From Eledone cirrhosa (lineage: Eukaryota), in the NCBI GenBank assembly GCA_964016885.1, contig OZ024741.1, positions 294,128,001 to 294,192,000 of the forward strand: 64,000 nt of DNA, written 5' to 3'. Shown in pieces: positions 24,666 through 37,099 of the stretch. The position numbers and the translations under genes were made by a program. How positions within the stretch are numbered: the stretch's first letter is position 1; every line of letters begins with the position of its first letter. The notes under the pieces are model-generated. The model saw only the letters and a program-made list of their open reading frames with translations, had not been told where the DNA came from and searched no databases.

Positions 24666-25903
24666 AGAAGAAAAGGAGTAATTGTTGTGTTGTGGCATTT
24701 ATGCTTTTTATAAATGATGGCTTATTGTGAAATTGTGTTAAAACAGATATTCTTGTACTTTGAGAGGGTTTTATTACCAATCAAAAAACAGAAACACTCA
24801 TTGTATTTCACTTCAGTTCTAGTAATCAATTAAATTAAAACTTTGTCAATTAATCATTCAATTAATTGGTTTATCAAAGTTCTTTTGTCACAGTATGTGA
24901 CCTTTTTGGCCATTATATGCCTTTCATTCACATCCTCTCTATCAGTATATAGTTGATCTTTGTTAGTCTCTCAGAATCTAATTTTTTTTTTATACCTGTT
25001 ACAGCCATGCAGGACCATCACTATTATCGCTACACTTTCTAGAGCTTTCCCCACTGCCTTGTTTAGCCATTGATGACAGGTAGTTTGATACTGCTACTTT
25101 CATTTGTGTTTCTTGACATGATGTAGTTTCATCTGGGATCTCAGGCAGAAGAATGTTCTGCTATTTATATACGTGTGTGTGAGAAAGAAAGAGTGAAAGT
25201 CTTTGTGAGTGTGTGTGTGTGCGTGTGTGTGTAAGTGAGTGAAAGTGTGTGTGTGTGTGTGGGCATTTGTGTGTACGTGTGCAAGTGAGAGAGAGAGAGA
25301 ATGAGAAAGTGTGTGTGTGTGTGTGTGTAAGAGAGAAAGTGAAAGTGTGTGTGTGCATCTGTGTGTGCATGTGAGAGAGAAAGGGGGAGGCAGAAAGTGT
25401 GTGTGTGCATGTGTGAGAGAGAAAGAGAGAGAGGGAGAAGTGTGTAGCATGTGAGAGAAAGAGAGAAAGTGTGTTTGTGTGAGAGAGAGTGTGTGTGGGT
25501 GTGTGTTTGTGCATGTGAGAGAAAGTAGGTGTATACATATATGCTACTAACAAACAGAAAGTATGATTTCTAATGCAGAAATCTTTGGGGACGAGGAAGA
25601 TAATATAGTTGATTAAATTGACACTTTGTACTTTACAATCCCCACAATGAAAAGTAAAGCTGACCCCAGCGAGACTTGAATTCAGAATGAACAGAGGCAT
25701 AACTAAATATTACAAACAATTTTGTTCAATGGTCTACCAATTCTACCAATACTACCAATCTAATGAAAACAAAATACTTTGAATCTCCAAAGAGGTCCTG
25801 TAGTAAAGGTTTCATTTTCCTTTATTGTGGAAATGATAAAAAAGAACTCTGCCAAACGCGTTTGAATTATCGTCATAGTTATCATTATTGCTGCTGCTGC
25901 TGC

Positions 25904-25990
25904 TCTTCTTCTTCTTCTTCTTCTTCTTCTTCTTCTTCTTCTTCTTCTTCTTCTTCTTCTTCTTCTTCTTCTTCTTCTTCTTCTTCTTCT
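25904..25990. repeat. (TCT)n microsatellite
   Basis: Pure trinucleotide run. Confidence 0.97.
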
Positions 25991-26516
25991 TTGTTTCTTT
26001 CTTTCACTTTAGAATGTTCCACAAGATGTGATATTAAAAAAAAATGTCTTTTATTTTCTAATGAAATATTGAAATAAAATAAAATGAAACAACAACATAG
26101 AAAGCAATGAAGATTTCTATTGAAATTGGGAAGGTATAAGGTATTCTACATTCATGTCTTTGTCCAAAGAATTCTGCTATTTATGGGTAATTGTTTGTTG
26201 CAAGAGGAGGAGAAATTTCAGGAATTGAAATTTAGCCATGGATGTAAATTTTTTTTACTAAGAATATTTCTACTGCTGTCTTGGGGCTTGAAGCTATATA
26301 TTATCATAAAACAGAAATAATATGCAAGTATAAATTAAAGAACATTTTCGAAGTATTCATTTATGAAATAAATTCAGAAAGGAGAAACACAAAGCTAATA
26401 ATAATAAGAACAATAATAATAGTTTCTAATTTAGCCACAATGCCAAGAATTTTGTGGGACGGAAGAACTAATTAAATAGACCCTGGTACTTAACCAGTAT
26501 TTTAATTTATCGACCC

Positions 26517-26900
26517 TTCTTCTTCACCCACTTATTCCTGAGAGGGTCGTTGGGGAAGAAGCCTCAAACACTCCTTCCAGTGGGTCCTGTCAGAAGCAAC
26601 CCTCTCCAACTGATCCAGTTGGATCCCCAATGAAGATCAGCCAAGCTCATGGATGTTATCCAGCCATCTTGCTAAGGGCCTACTTTGGGGTCTCCTGCCA
26701 GTTGGTTTTGCCCGTAAAATTTGTCCAGCAATTCTTTCCTGAGACATTCTAATCACATGTCCGTAACATTTGACCTGTGATCTCTCAGTTTGGAGAAGTA
26801 GTGGCTCTACCTGAAGCAACTCTTTAATCTCCGAGCTATGCACTCTATCGAGTAATATTACTCCAAAGACCTTTCAGAGGAACCCCATTTAGGCTGCTTC
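26517..26900 (-). mobile_element. Expander/Rex3-like RTE LINE 3' fragment
   Basis: Encodes EPLLLQTERSQVKCYGHVIRMSQERIAGQILRAKPTGRRPQSRPLARW; ends in a GAAGAAG tail. Confidence 0.85.
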
Positions 26901-27280
26901 AGTGGAAGTCCGTTCACAAGAAGAGTGCACTGCAAATTTATCAACCCATGAAAATTAAAGTTAATCTCAGTGGGTTTTGAATTGATAATGGGAGCCATAA
27001 CTAAATTCCAATCCAGCACTTGAATTGGTGTATTATTAAATACATCACTCCAATAATAATATTACTAGCAGCAGCTGCAGCAGTAATAGTAGTCATAATT
27101 TCTAACATTGGAACAAGACCAATAATTGAATAGACTCTGGCATTGGAGTGGTACTTTAATTTACAACCATTTCAAAATTACAAGCATAACTTAATTTGGG
27201 TTGTGGTGGCCATAGGTTAAGAACTTGCTGTTAGAGAAGGATTTGCCATAAACAGAGATGCAATAAGTGAAACTAGCTAT

Positions 27281-28952
27281 CAAATTAAGCCTGTTCTGAG
27301 AGGAGGGACCACCAATGATACTGTCTGATGTCTAGTTAAACCTGTTCTGAGAGGAGCTACCCCCAATAAGACTGTCTGATGTCAAATTATGCACATTGTG
27401 AGAGGAGTGAGCCCCAGTAGAACTGATCAATGTCAAGTTAAACCTGTCCTGAGAGGAGTGATCACCAATAAGGCTGTCTGCTGTCTAGTTAAACCTGTCC
27501 TGAGAGGAGTGATCACCAATAAGGCTGTCTGATGTCTAGTTAAACCTGTCCTGAGAGGAGTGATCACCAATAAGGCTGTCTGATGTCTAGTTAAACCTGT
27601 CCTGAGAGGAGTGACCACCAATAAGGCTGTCTGATGTCTAGTTAAACCTGTCCTGAGAGGAGTGATCACCAATAAGGCTGTCTGATGTCTAGTTAAACCT
27701 GTCCTGAGAGGAGTGATCACCAATAAGGCTGTCTGATGTCTAGTTAAACCTGTCCTGAGAGGAGTGATCGCCAATAAGGCTGTCTGATGTCTAGTTAAAC
27801 CTGTCCTGAGAGGAGTGATCACCAGTAAGGCTGTCTGATGTCTAGTTAAACCTGTCCTGAGAGGAGTGATCACCAATAAGGCTGTCTGATGTCTAGTTAA
27901 ACCTGTCCTGAGAGGAGTGATCACCAATAAGGCTGTCTGCTGTCTAGTTAAACCTGTCCTGAGAGGAGTGACCACCAATAAGGCTGTCTGATGTCTAGTT
28001 AAACCTGTCCTGAGAGGAGTGATCACCAATAAGGCTGTCTGATGTCTAGTTAAACCTGTCCTGAGAGGAGTGATCACCAATAAGGCTGTCTGATGTCTAG
28101 TTAAACCTGTCCTGAGAGGAGTGATCACCAATAAGGCTGTCTGATATCTAGTTAAACCTGTCCTGAGAGGAGTGATCACCAATAAGGCTGTCTGATGTCT
28201 AGTTAAACCTGTCCTGAGAGGAGTGATCACCAGTAAGGCTGTCTGATGTCTAGTTAAACCTGTCCTGAGAGGAGTGATCACCAGTAAGGCTGTCTGATGT
28301 CTAGTTAAACCTGTCCTGAGAGGAGTGATCACCAATAAGGCTGTCTGATGTCTAGTTAAACCTGTCCTGAGAGGAGTGATCACCAGTAAGGCTGTCTGAT
28401 GTCTAGTTAAACCTGTCCTGAGAGGAGTGATCACCAATAAGGCTGTCTGATGTCTAGTTAAACCTGTCCTGAGAGGAGTGATCACCAATAAGGCTGTCTG
28501 ATGTCTAGTTAAACCTGTCCTGAGAGGAGTGATCACCAATAAGGCTGTCTGATGTCTAGTTAAACCTGTCCTGAGAGGAGTGACCACCAATAAGGCTGTC
28601 TGATGTCTAGTTAAACCTGTCCTGAGTGGAGTGATCACCAGTAAGGCTGTCTGATGTCTAGTTAAACCTGTCCTGAGAGGAGTGATCACCAATAAGGCTG
28701 TCTGATGTCTAGTTAAACCTGTCCTGAGAGGAGTGACCACCAATAAGGCTGTCTGATGTCTAGTTAAACCTGTCCTGAGAGGAGTGACCACCAATAAGGC
28801 TGTCTGATGTCTAGTTAAACCTGTCCTGAGAGGAGTGATCACCAATAAGGCTGTCTGATGTCTAGTTAAACCTGTTCTGAGAGGAGTGACCACCAATAAG
28901 GCTGTCTGATGTCTAGTTAAACCTGTCCTGAGAGGAGTGACCACCAATAAAA
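27281..28952. repeat. 51-bp tandem satellite, about 30 near-identical copies plus about 3 diverged copies at the left edge
   Basis: Unit GTTAAACCTGTCCTGAGAGGAGTGATCACCAATAAGGCTGTCTGATGTCTA. Confidence 0.98.
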
Positions 28953-29542
28953 CTGAGTCAGAAGTCATTTACTGTAGACAAAAAGTGTATTAAATAGCAT
29001 AACAATATATGGGGCTGGGGTGAGGTCGCAGTCATGTGACTGTTTGTTTCGTCAGACATGCAGGTGTTTTAAGACGTCTGGGATGTTCCATTAAGTAGTA
29101 AGAATGGATGTAGTGGATGGAGGCACTCATGCGGGTATGTGATAAATAAGACAATTGAACATGGAGTGTTACATGTTCAATTTTGAGTAAAATATTTGTC
29201 CAGACCAGTAAATGTTTTGAATTCAGAACATCACAAGAGATGACAATGTCAGTATTTATCTCCATGGCTGAACACTGCTAAATTGTTGACCACATAGAAG
29301 AGATTCAGTGTAAATATAATTGTTAACTTCGTGATGTTTACAGTTAAGAAACTTTCAATAAATAACTAAGTTAATTGTTAGTATTTCACAGTGTTGACAG
29401 AAAAATCAAAAAAATTTTAGATTTAACATAAACAAAAGCAAGAATGTTTGCTGAGACAGTAGAATAACCTGATGGAGTGATATTATAGGAAGTTCTGGAA
29501 GAAATTTAAAAAAAAATGTCTAGGTTTCATTTTCAGGTTAAA

Positions 29543-29770
<228 letters not shown>

Positions 29771-29949
29771 AGTTGAATGTAGAAATAAAAAGCAAATTGA
29801 ACTATCTTTATTTTTTTTATTCAATTTTTATTTTGAATTTATTTCATTTCATTTCATTTTTTTTTTTTATTTTATTTTATTTTATTTTCCATCCGATTCT
29901 TCCAAAAATAGTTGTATTTGGTGTAGTTGAAAACATGACAAAAGACCAT

Positions 29950-32706
29950 GAACAACACCAGTAATAACAACATCAGCAACAAAAACATTAGTCATAAAAA
30001 CATCAACAACAGTAATAACATCATCAGTAATAACACTAACAACAACGTCAGTAATAAAACCAACAATAGCAGCATTAGTAATAACAACAGCTTTAACAAC
30101 ATCAATAATAACACCATTAACAATACCAACAACAACATCTGCAATAGCAACACCAACAACATCAGTAATAACTAGAACATCAGTAATAAGAAGACCAACA
30201 ACATCAGTAATAACAACACCACTAACATCAGTAATAACAACAACAACAACTGTAAGAACAACACTAATAACAACATCAGTAATAACTACGCCACCAACAT
30301 CAGTAATAACAACAACAACAACTGTAAGAACAACACTAAGAACAACATCAGTAATAACTACACCACCAACATCAGTAATAACAACAACAACAACTGTAAG
30401 AACAACACTAAGAACAACATCAGTAATAACAACACCACCAATATCAGTAATAACAACAACAACAACTGTAAGAACAACACTAAGAACAACATCAGTAATA
30501 ACAACACCACCAACATCAGTAATAACAACAACAACAACTGTAAGAACAACACTAAGATCAACATTAGTAATAACTACACCACCAACATCAGTAATAACAA
30601 CAACAACAACACTAAGAACAACATCAGTAATAACTACACCACCAACATCAGTAATAACAACAACAACAACACTAAGAACAACATCAGTAATAACAACACC
30701 ACCAACATCAGTAATAACAACAACAACAACTGTAAGAACAACACTAAGAACAACATCAGTAATAACAACACCACCAACATCAGTAATAACAACAACAACA
30801 ACACTAAGAACAACACTAAGAACAACATCAGTAATAACTACACCACCAACATCAGTAATAACAACAACAACAACTGTAAGAACAACACTAAGAACAACAT
30901 CAGTAATAACTACACCACCAACATCAGTAATAACAACAACAACAACACTAAGAACAACACTAAGAACAACATCAGTAATAACAACACCACCAACATCAGT
31001 AATAACAACAACAACAACACTAAGAACAACATCAGTAATAACTACACCACCAACATCAGTAATAACAACAACAACAACTGTAAGAACAACACTAAGAACA
31101 ACATCAGTAATAACTACACCACCAACATCAGTAATAACAACAACAACTGTAAGAACAACACTAATAACAACATCAGTAACAACAACAACAACAACACTAA
31201 GAACAACATCAGTAATAACTACACCACCAACATCAGTAATAACAACAACAACTGTAAGAACAACACTAAGAACAACATCAGTAATAACAACACCACCAAC
31301 ATCAGTAATAACAACAACAACAACTGTAAGAACAACACTAAGAACAACATCAGTAATAACAACACCACCAACATCAGTAATAACAACAACAACAACACTA
31401 AGAACAACATCAGTAATAACAACACCACCAACATCAGTAATAACAACAACAACAACTGTAAGAACAACACTAAGAACAACATCAGTAATAACAACACCAC
31501 CAACATCAGTAATAACAACAACAACAACTGTAAGAACAACACTAAGATCAACATTAGTAATAACTACACCACCAACATCAGTAATAACAACAACAACAAC
31601 ACTAAGAACAACATCAGTAATAACTACACCACCAACATCAGTAATAACAACAACAACAACTGTAAGAACAACACTAAGAACAACATCAGTAATAACTACA
31701 CCACCAACATCAGTAATAACAACAACAACAACACTAAGAACAACACTAAGAACAACATCAGTAATAACAACACCACCAACATCAGTAATAACAACAACAA
31801 CAACACTAAGAACAACATCAGTAATAACTACACCACCAACATCAGTAATAACAACAACAACAACTGTAAGAACAACACTAAGAACAACATCAGTAATAAC
31901 TACACCACCAACATCAGTAATAACAACAACAACTGTAAGAACAACACTAATAACAACATCAGTAACAACAACAACAACAACACTAAGAACAACATCAGTA
32001 ATAACTACACCACCAACATCAGTAATAACAACAACAACTGTAAGAACAACACTAAGAACAACATCAGTAATAACAACACCACCAACATCAGTAATAACAA
32101 CAACAACAACTGTAAGAACAACACTAAGAACAACATCAGTAATAACAACACCACCAACATCAGTAATAACAACAACAACAACACTAAGAACAACATCAGT
32201 AATAACAACACCACCAACATCAGTAATAACAACAACAACAACACTAAGAACAACACTAAGAACAACATCAGTAATAACTACACCACCAACATCAGTAATA
32301 ACAACAACAACTGTAAGAACAACACTAATAACAATATCAGTAATAACAACAACAACAACTGTAAGAACAACACTAAGAACAACATCAGTAATAACTACAC
32401 CACCAACATCAGTAATAACAACAACAACTGTAAGAACAACACTAATAACAACATCAGTAAGAACAACACCAACAACATCAGTAATAATAACATAAACAAC
32501 ATCAGTAATAACAACAACAACAACAACATCAGTAACAACAACATCAACAATAGCATCAGTAATAGCAACATCAGTAATAACAACAACATAAGTAATAACA
32601 ACACCAGCAACAGTAATAACAACAACAAAAACAGTAACAACAACAACATCAGTAATAACAACAGCAGCAACAACAGCAGCAACAACACCAACAACAACAT
32701 CAGTAA
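29950..32706. repeat. (AAC)n-derived complex minisatellite (ACATCAGTAATAAC / ACACTAAGA / ACTGTAAGA modules)
   Basis: Modular tandem structure in which length changes are multiples of 3; rare variant ACTAAGATCAACATTAG repeats at 30551 and 31541. Confidence 0.95.
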
Positions 32707-32714
32707 AATATATA

Positions 32715-33223
32715 TGAGGGGGCTTCAAAAGTTTTGTGGAAACAGTATATAGCTAAAAATTATATGCAGGGATGTTGATCTCAATGCACCTGTATGTCTC
32801 GTACTAACGTGGCATAACATATTCTAACATGAACCTTTAAATGCATGTTACAACGCGGTGCCACCAGTCAGAAGTCCCACTCGAGCAACATGTCCCCAAT
32901 CAAAACATCAAATTCATGGTGAAGTTAGGGTGGAAGAGCAGCCAAATCATTGACACTCTGGAGAAAGTTTATGGGGACAATGCCCTAAAGAAATCAACAA
33001 CCTACAAAAGGATGTCATTTTACAAGTGGAAGAGATGAGGTTGAAGATATAAAAAAAGCTGCTTTCACGTTGTTTAAATTGCATGGCCCTCAGTTTTACA
33101 CAAATGGACTTAAAGGCAGGTATCAACTCTTACAGAAGTGTATTGACCTAGATGGAGCATATGTTGAAAAATAAACATCATAACTTAAACCGTTTTTTCC
33201 CAAAAATTTTTGAAGGTCCCTCA
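32715..33223 (+). mobile_element. Internally deleted mariner, irritans subfamily (Hsmar2-like)
   Basis: TIRs TGAGGGGGCTTCAAAAGTTTTGTGGAAA / TTTCCCAAAAATTTTTGAAGGTCCCTCA in a TA context; N-terminus NIKFMVKLGWKSSQIIDTLEKVYGDNALKKS; C-terminus PQFYTNGLKGRYQLLQKCIDLDGAYVEK*. Confidence 0.9.
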
Positions 33224-34218
33224 AATATATATATATATATGCTCAGGGACATAGAAATAATCGGGTTGGTGTCTGTAAGCCCACTGGGAGTGAGAGACAC
33301 ATGATCCTCATTAGGATATCACTCTAAGAGAGGGGAATTCGGATGAAAAACATGCAGCTCAATAGTAACCGATGATGTTGATCTATTCTTCTTTTTGGAT
33401 TATAGCTATTGTTACCCAGTTAGTGGGATTGGTCCAGTGCACGGCCTCACTATAAAAAGCTTCAAACGCAGGCATTATTTAATATCATGGGATCTTTGAT
33501 CTGATGTACTAAAATCTCTCCAAGTTCATTGTCTTAACTAATACTTTATTTTATCCACACTCTAAGAATGAAAAGCAAAGTTGACCTCTATGAAATTAGA
33601 ACTCAGCATGCAAAGAGCCAAAATAAATGGTGCAAGGCATTTTACCTGACACCCTAATAATACTAATTCTGTGTTGGTATCAAAGAAACATAGAGGTGGT
33701 TCTCAGGCATGGTGATTCTGAATGCGTTAAGTCCTTGAGTATTTAGTAGAGCAAGCAGAGCATAGTGCTTGATGATGAGTCTCTCTTCTGTCTGCTTGCA
33801 TTAATATTGATCTGCTGGCACAATATTACCTTTTCAAAGACTAACAGAAAATTGTTTTCTGATCAGTTATTGACAGGTATGGCCTCTTTGGTCAACTATT
33901 CTTTGTGTGATTAGAAAATGAGGAGAGATGAGGGGAAAAGAGGCAAAGCACAAGGAGTGGCATAAACACATTTCTTTTCATCATGTTGGCTGATAATAAC
34001 TAGAGAAAATGTGGAAAAAATGGAAATGAAGTAGTAATACTAGCAGCAGCAGTAGTGATGTTGGTGGTACTGGCTGTAGTAGTATTGTGAAATAACAATT
34101 CTGTTTTGTGAAGAAATGAATTTTCACCATTATAGTTATCTTTCATTCTGACTGAGATAAGGAAAGAAAGAAACAGTATGGAAACAAAGCAGAAGCAATT
34201 ATTATTATTATCATTATT

Positions 34219-34730
34219 AGGGCGGTAGATTGGCAGTATCAGTAGCATAGAGTTATGGTCCTTAATGTTATGAGTTCAAATCCTGTCAAAGTTAGCTTTG
34301 CCTTTCATCCTTACTGGGTAGATCAAATAAAGTACCAGTAATGCACTGGGGTCGGTTTAATTGACTTTCCCACCCCACCAAATTGCTTACATTGTGCCTA
34401 TAGTAGAAACCGTTATTATTATCATTATGGGGTCGATAAAATAAAGTACCAGTAATACACTGGGTAATTGCTGGCTTTGTGCCAAAACGAGAAACAACTA
34501 TTATCATTATTAGGGTGGTGGATTAGCAGAATGGTTAGACCAACAGACAAAATGCCTTGTAGCATTTAGTTATGGCACTTTATGTTCTAAGTTCAAATCC
34601 CGCCCAGGTTAGCTTTGCCATTCATCCTTACGAGGTCGATAAAATAAAGTACCAGTAATACACTGAGGCTGATTTAATCGACTTTCCACTCCCCCAGAAT
34701 TATTAGCCTTATGCCTAAATCAGAAACCAT
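34219..34730 (+). mobile_element. Tandem cluster of three Meta-like SINE copies separated by (ATT/ATC)n
   Basis: Copies at about 34219-34410, 34428-34497 (partial) and 34512-34730. Confidence 0.85.
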
Positions 34731-34835
34731 TGTTATTATCATCGTCATCATTTTTGTATCTTTCACCTTCATTATTCTTGTACTCTTCATTCATTCATCA
34801 TTGTTTTATAATTCTTCTTCTTCTGATCATCAACA

Positions 34836-35060
34836 CCACCATCACCACTCCATATATTCACTGCCACCATCACCATCACCACTCCATATATTCACTGCCA
34901 CCATCACCATCACCACTCCATATATTCACTGCCACCATCACCACTCCATATATTCACTGCCACCATCACCATCACCACTCCATATATTCACTGCCACCAT
35001 CACCATCACCACTCCATATATTCACTGCCACCATCACCATCACCACTCCATATATTCACC
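34836..35060. repeat. About 34-bp minisatellite (CACCATCACCATCACCACTCCATATATTCACTGC), 7 copies
   Basis: Direct reading. Confidence 0.95.
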
Positions 35061-35089
35061 ACCTCTACCATCATCATTATTATCATCCT

Positions 35090-35280
35090 TAGGGCGGTGG
35101 ATTGGCAGTATCGGTAGAGGGTCGGACACCATGCTTTGCAGGAAAGAGTTATGGCCCCTTCATGATCTGAGTTCAAATCCCGCCGAAGTTAACTTTGCCT
35201 TTCATCCTTACAGGGTCGATAAAATAAAGTACCAGTAATACACTGGGATAATTGCTGGCCTTGTATCAAAAGTATAAAAT
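35090..35280 (+). mobile_element. Full-length Meta-like SINE
   Basis: A-box-like TGGCAGTATCGG, B-box GTTCAAATCC, then GCCTTTCATCCTTACAGGGTCGATAAAATAAAGTACCAG. Confidence 0.85.
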
Positions 35281-35352
35281 TATTATCATCCTTCTTGTCC
35301 TCTTTATTCATAATAATTAAATAATACAGAAAGCGAGGATGAACATAACAAC

Positions 35353-35408
<56 letters not shown>

Positions 35409-35450
35409 GGATGGTGATAGTGTTGATGATGAGGAAGATTAGATGTTAAT

Positions 35451-35643
35451 AATTGTTTCTACTTTTGGCACAAGACCAGCAATTACCCAGTGTATTACTG
35501 GTACTTTATTTTATCGACCCCGTAAGGATGAAAGGCAAAGTTAACCTCGTCGGGATTTGAACTCAGATCATAAAGGGGCCGTAACTCTATGCTTCAAAGC
35601 ATGGCGTCCGACTCTCTACCGATACTGCCAATCCACCGCCCTA
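35451..35643 (-). mobile_element. Full-length Meta-like SINE, inverted relative to 35090-35280
   Basis: Reverse complement aligns end to end with 35090-35280. Confidence 0.85.
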
Positions 35644-35844
35644 TTAGAAGATAATAATGATGACTTTGATGATAGTGATGATGATGAAGAGGATAGTGAT
35701 GGTGATAATGCCACCGGAACCATAGGCCAGGAACTAGTACAGCAAGAATTGTGAGAATGGTCCTTAAGCTTTAAGGAGACTAATTATTACTACCCAAACT
35801 TAAGGACAAAAATTCAAATTTATTTGTACAAAATATTAACTAGA

Positions 35845-36060
35845 ATGGTTTCTGATTTATGCACAAGGCCAACAATTTTTGGAGGAGGGGAAAGTTGATT
35901 AAATTGACATCAGTTCTTGACTGGTACTTTATTTTATCGACTCTGAAAGGACAAAAAGTAAAGCTAACAATGGTAGGATTTGAACTCACTACATAAAGGG
36001 CTGTGACTCTATGCTGCTTAGCATTTATCGAACACTCCATTGACTCCTCCATTCCACCAA
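35845..36060 (-). mobile_element. Meta-like SINE (older)
   Basis: GTTTCTGATTTATGCACAAGGCC tail; CTGGTACTTTATTTTATCGAC; GGATTTGAACTC. Confidence 0.75.
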
Positions 36061-36231
36061 CATGTGTGGATAGTAGATAATAACAACAACCAGCACCACA
36101 ACAATAACCTGACTTGTCTTATAAGTGGATAACCTGTCAAACCCATGCAAGTGTGGAAAATTACATGTTAAATAATGATGATGGTGATATATATATATAT
36201 ATATATATATATAGATGATGATGATGATGTA

Positions 36232-36262
<31 letters not shown>

Positions 36263-37099
36263 AAATAAGGGATTAGATCGATATACAATGATTTCTGACT
36301 CATTGCTTACAAATTACTTAATGCAATAATGTTTACAGATTGCATTTGTGGGGATGGTGGTGTGGTTGATGGAACAAATTTGGCATTAGGAGTGGAAATA
36401 ACTGGTATAATAAATTTGTTTCAATATGAAAAATCGTATTTGTGTGTGTATATATATATATACATATATATATATATAATTTTCTTTTTTTTTTTTGCAC
36501 AACACACATATATGTGTGAGTGTTCGTGTAGAGTTTTCAGAAAGCACAAACATTCTGTGGTCAAAGATACCAGCCCAGCCTATATCAAAGGCTGGTATTA
36601 GTGTGTGTATACATATATGCATTATATATATATATATATATATATATTCACACAACACACATCTATATGTGTGAGTGTGTGTGTATGTGTAGATGTTTTC
36701 AAAAGGCAAGCAACTTGACATTCTGCAGTCAAAGATACAAACCCAACCCAGCCTATATCAAAGCAAGAAACTCAAATGAGGGCAGCAATGTCAGACTCAC
36801 TCATTCATCAATAGTTAGCCAAGGATGTATGGTTATAAAATGTGACAGTAATGATGTTGCCCCAGCATGGTCACCATCCATAGGATAGAACAGGAAAATG
36901 TGTGTATTATTGTCATATTTGATGTGTGTGTGTGTATATGTATATATATATATATATATGTGTGTGTGTAAAAGGTAAACAGAAATAACAACACAGTCGG
37001 TACAGTATATGGAAGGAATATATTAGGTTAACGCTTGAAATAGCAGGAATATATACATACACATATACACTCACAGACACATACATGCACAAACATATA

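Noticed and set aside
24976-25086. Possible small + strand exon (pyrimidine tract, TTACAG ... CAG|GTAGTT)
   Set aside because: Weak donor, and the only open frame has no recognisable protein features.
27433-28968. 511-aa repeat ORF or CRISPR-like array
   Set aside because: Head-to-tail 51-bp units with no unique spacers; one open frame out of six is expected by chance.
29882-32728. 948-aa Val-rich ORF
   Set aside because: Antisense reading of an (AAC)n-derived array; implausible composition.
34219-34300. tRNA-like A/B boxes
   Set aside because: SINE heads; no complete cloverleaf, so no tRNA genes are called.
36498-36765. Diverged tandem duplication of about 100 bp
   Set aside because: Old local duplication around microsatellites with no further structure.
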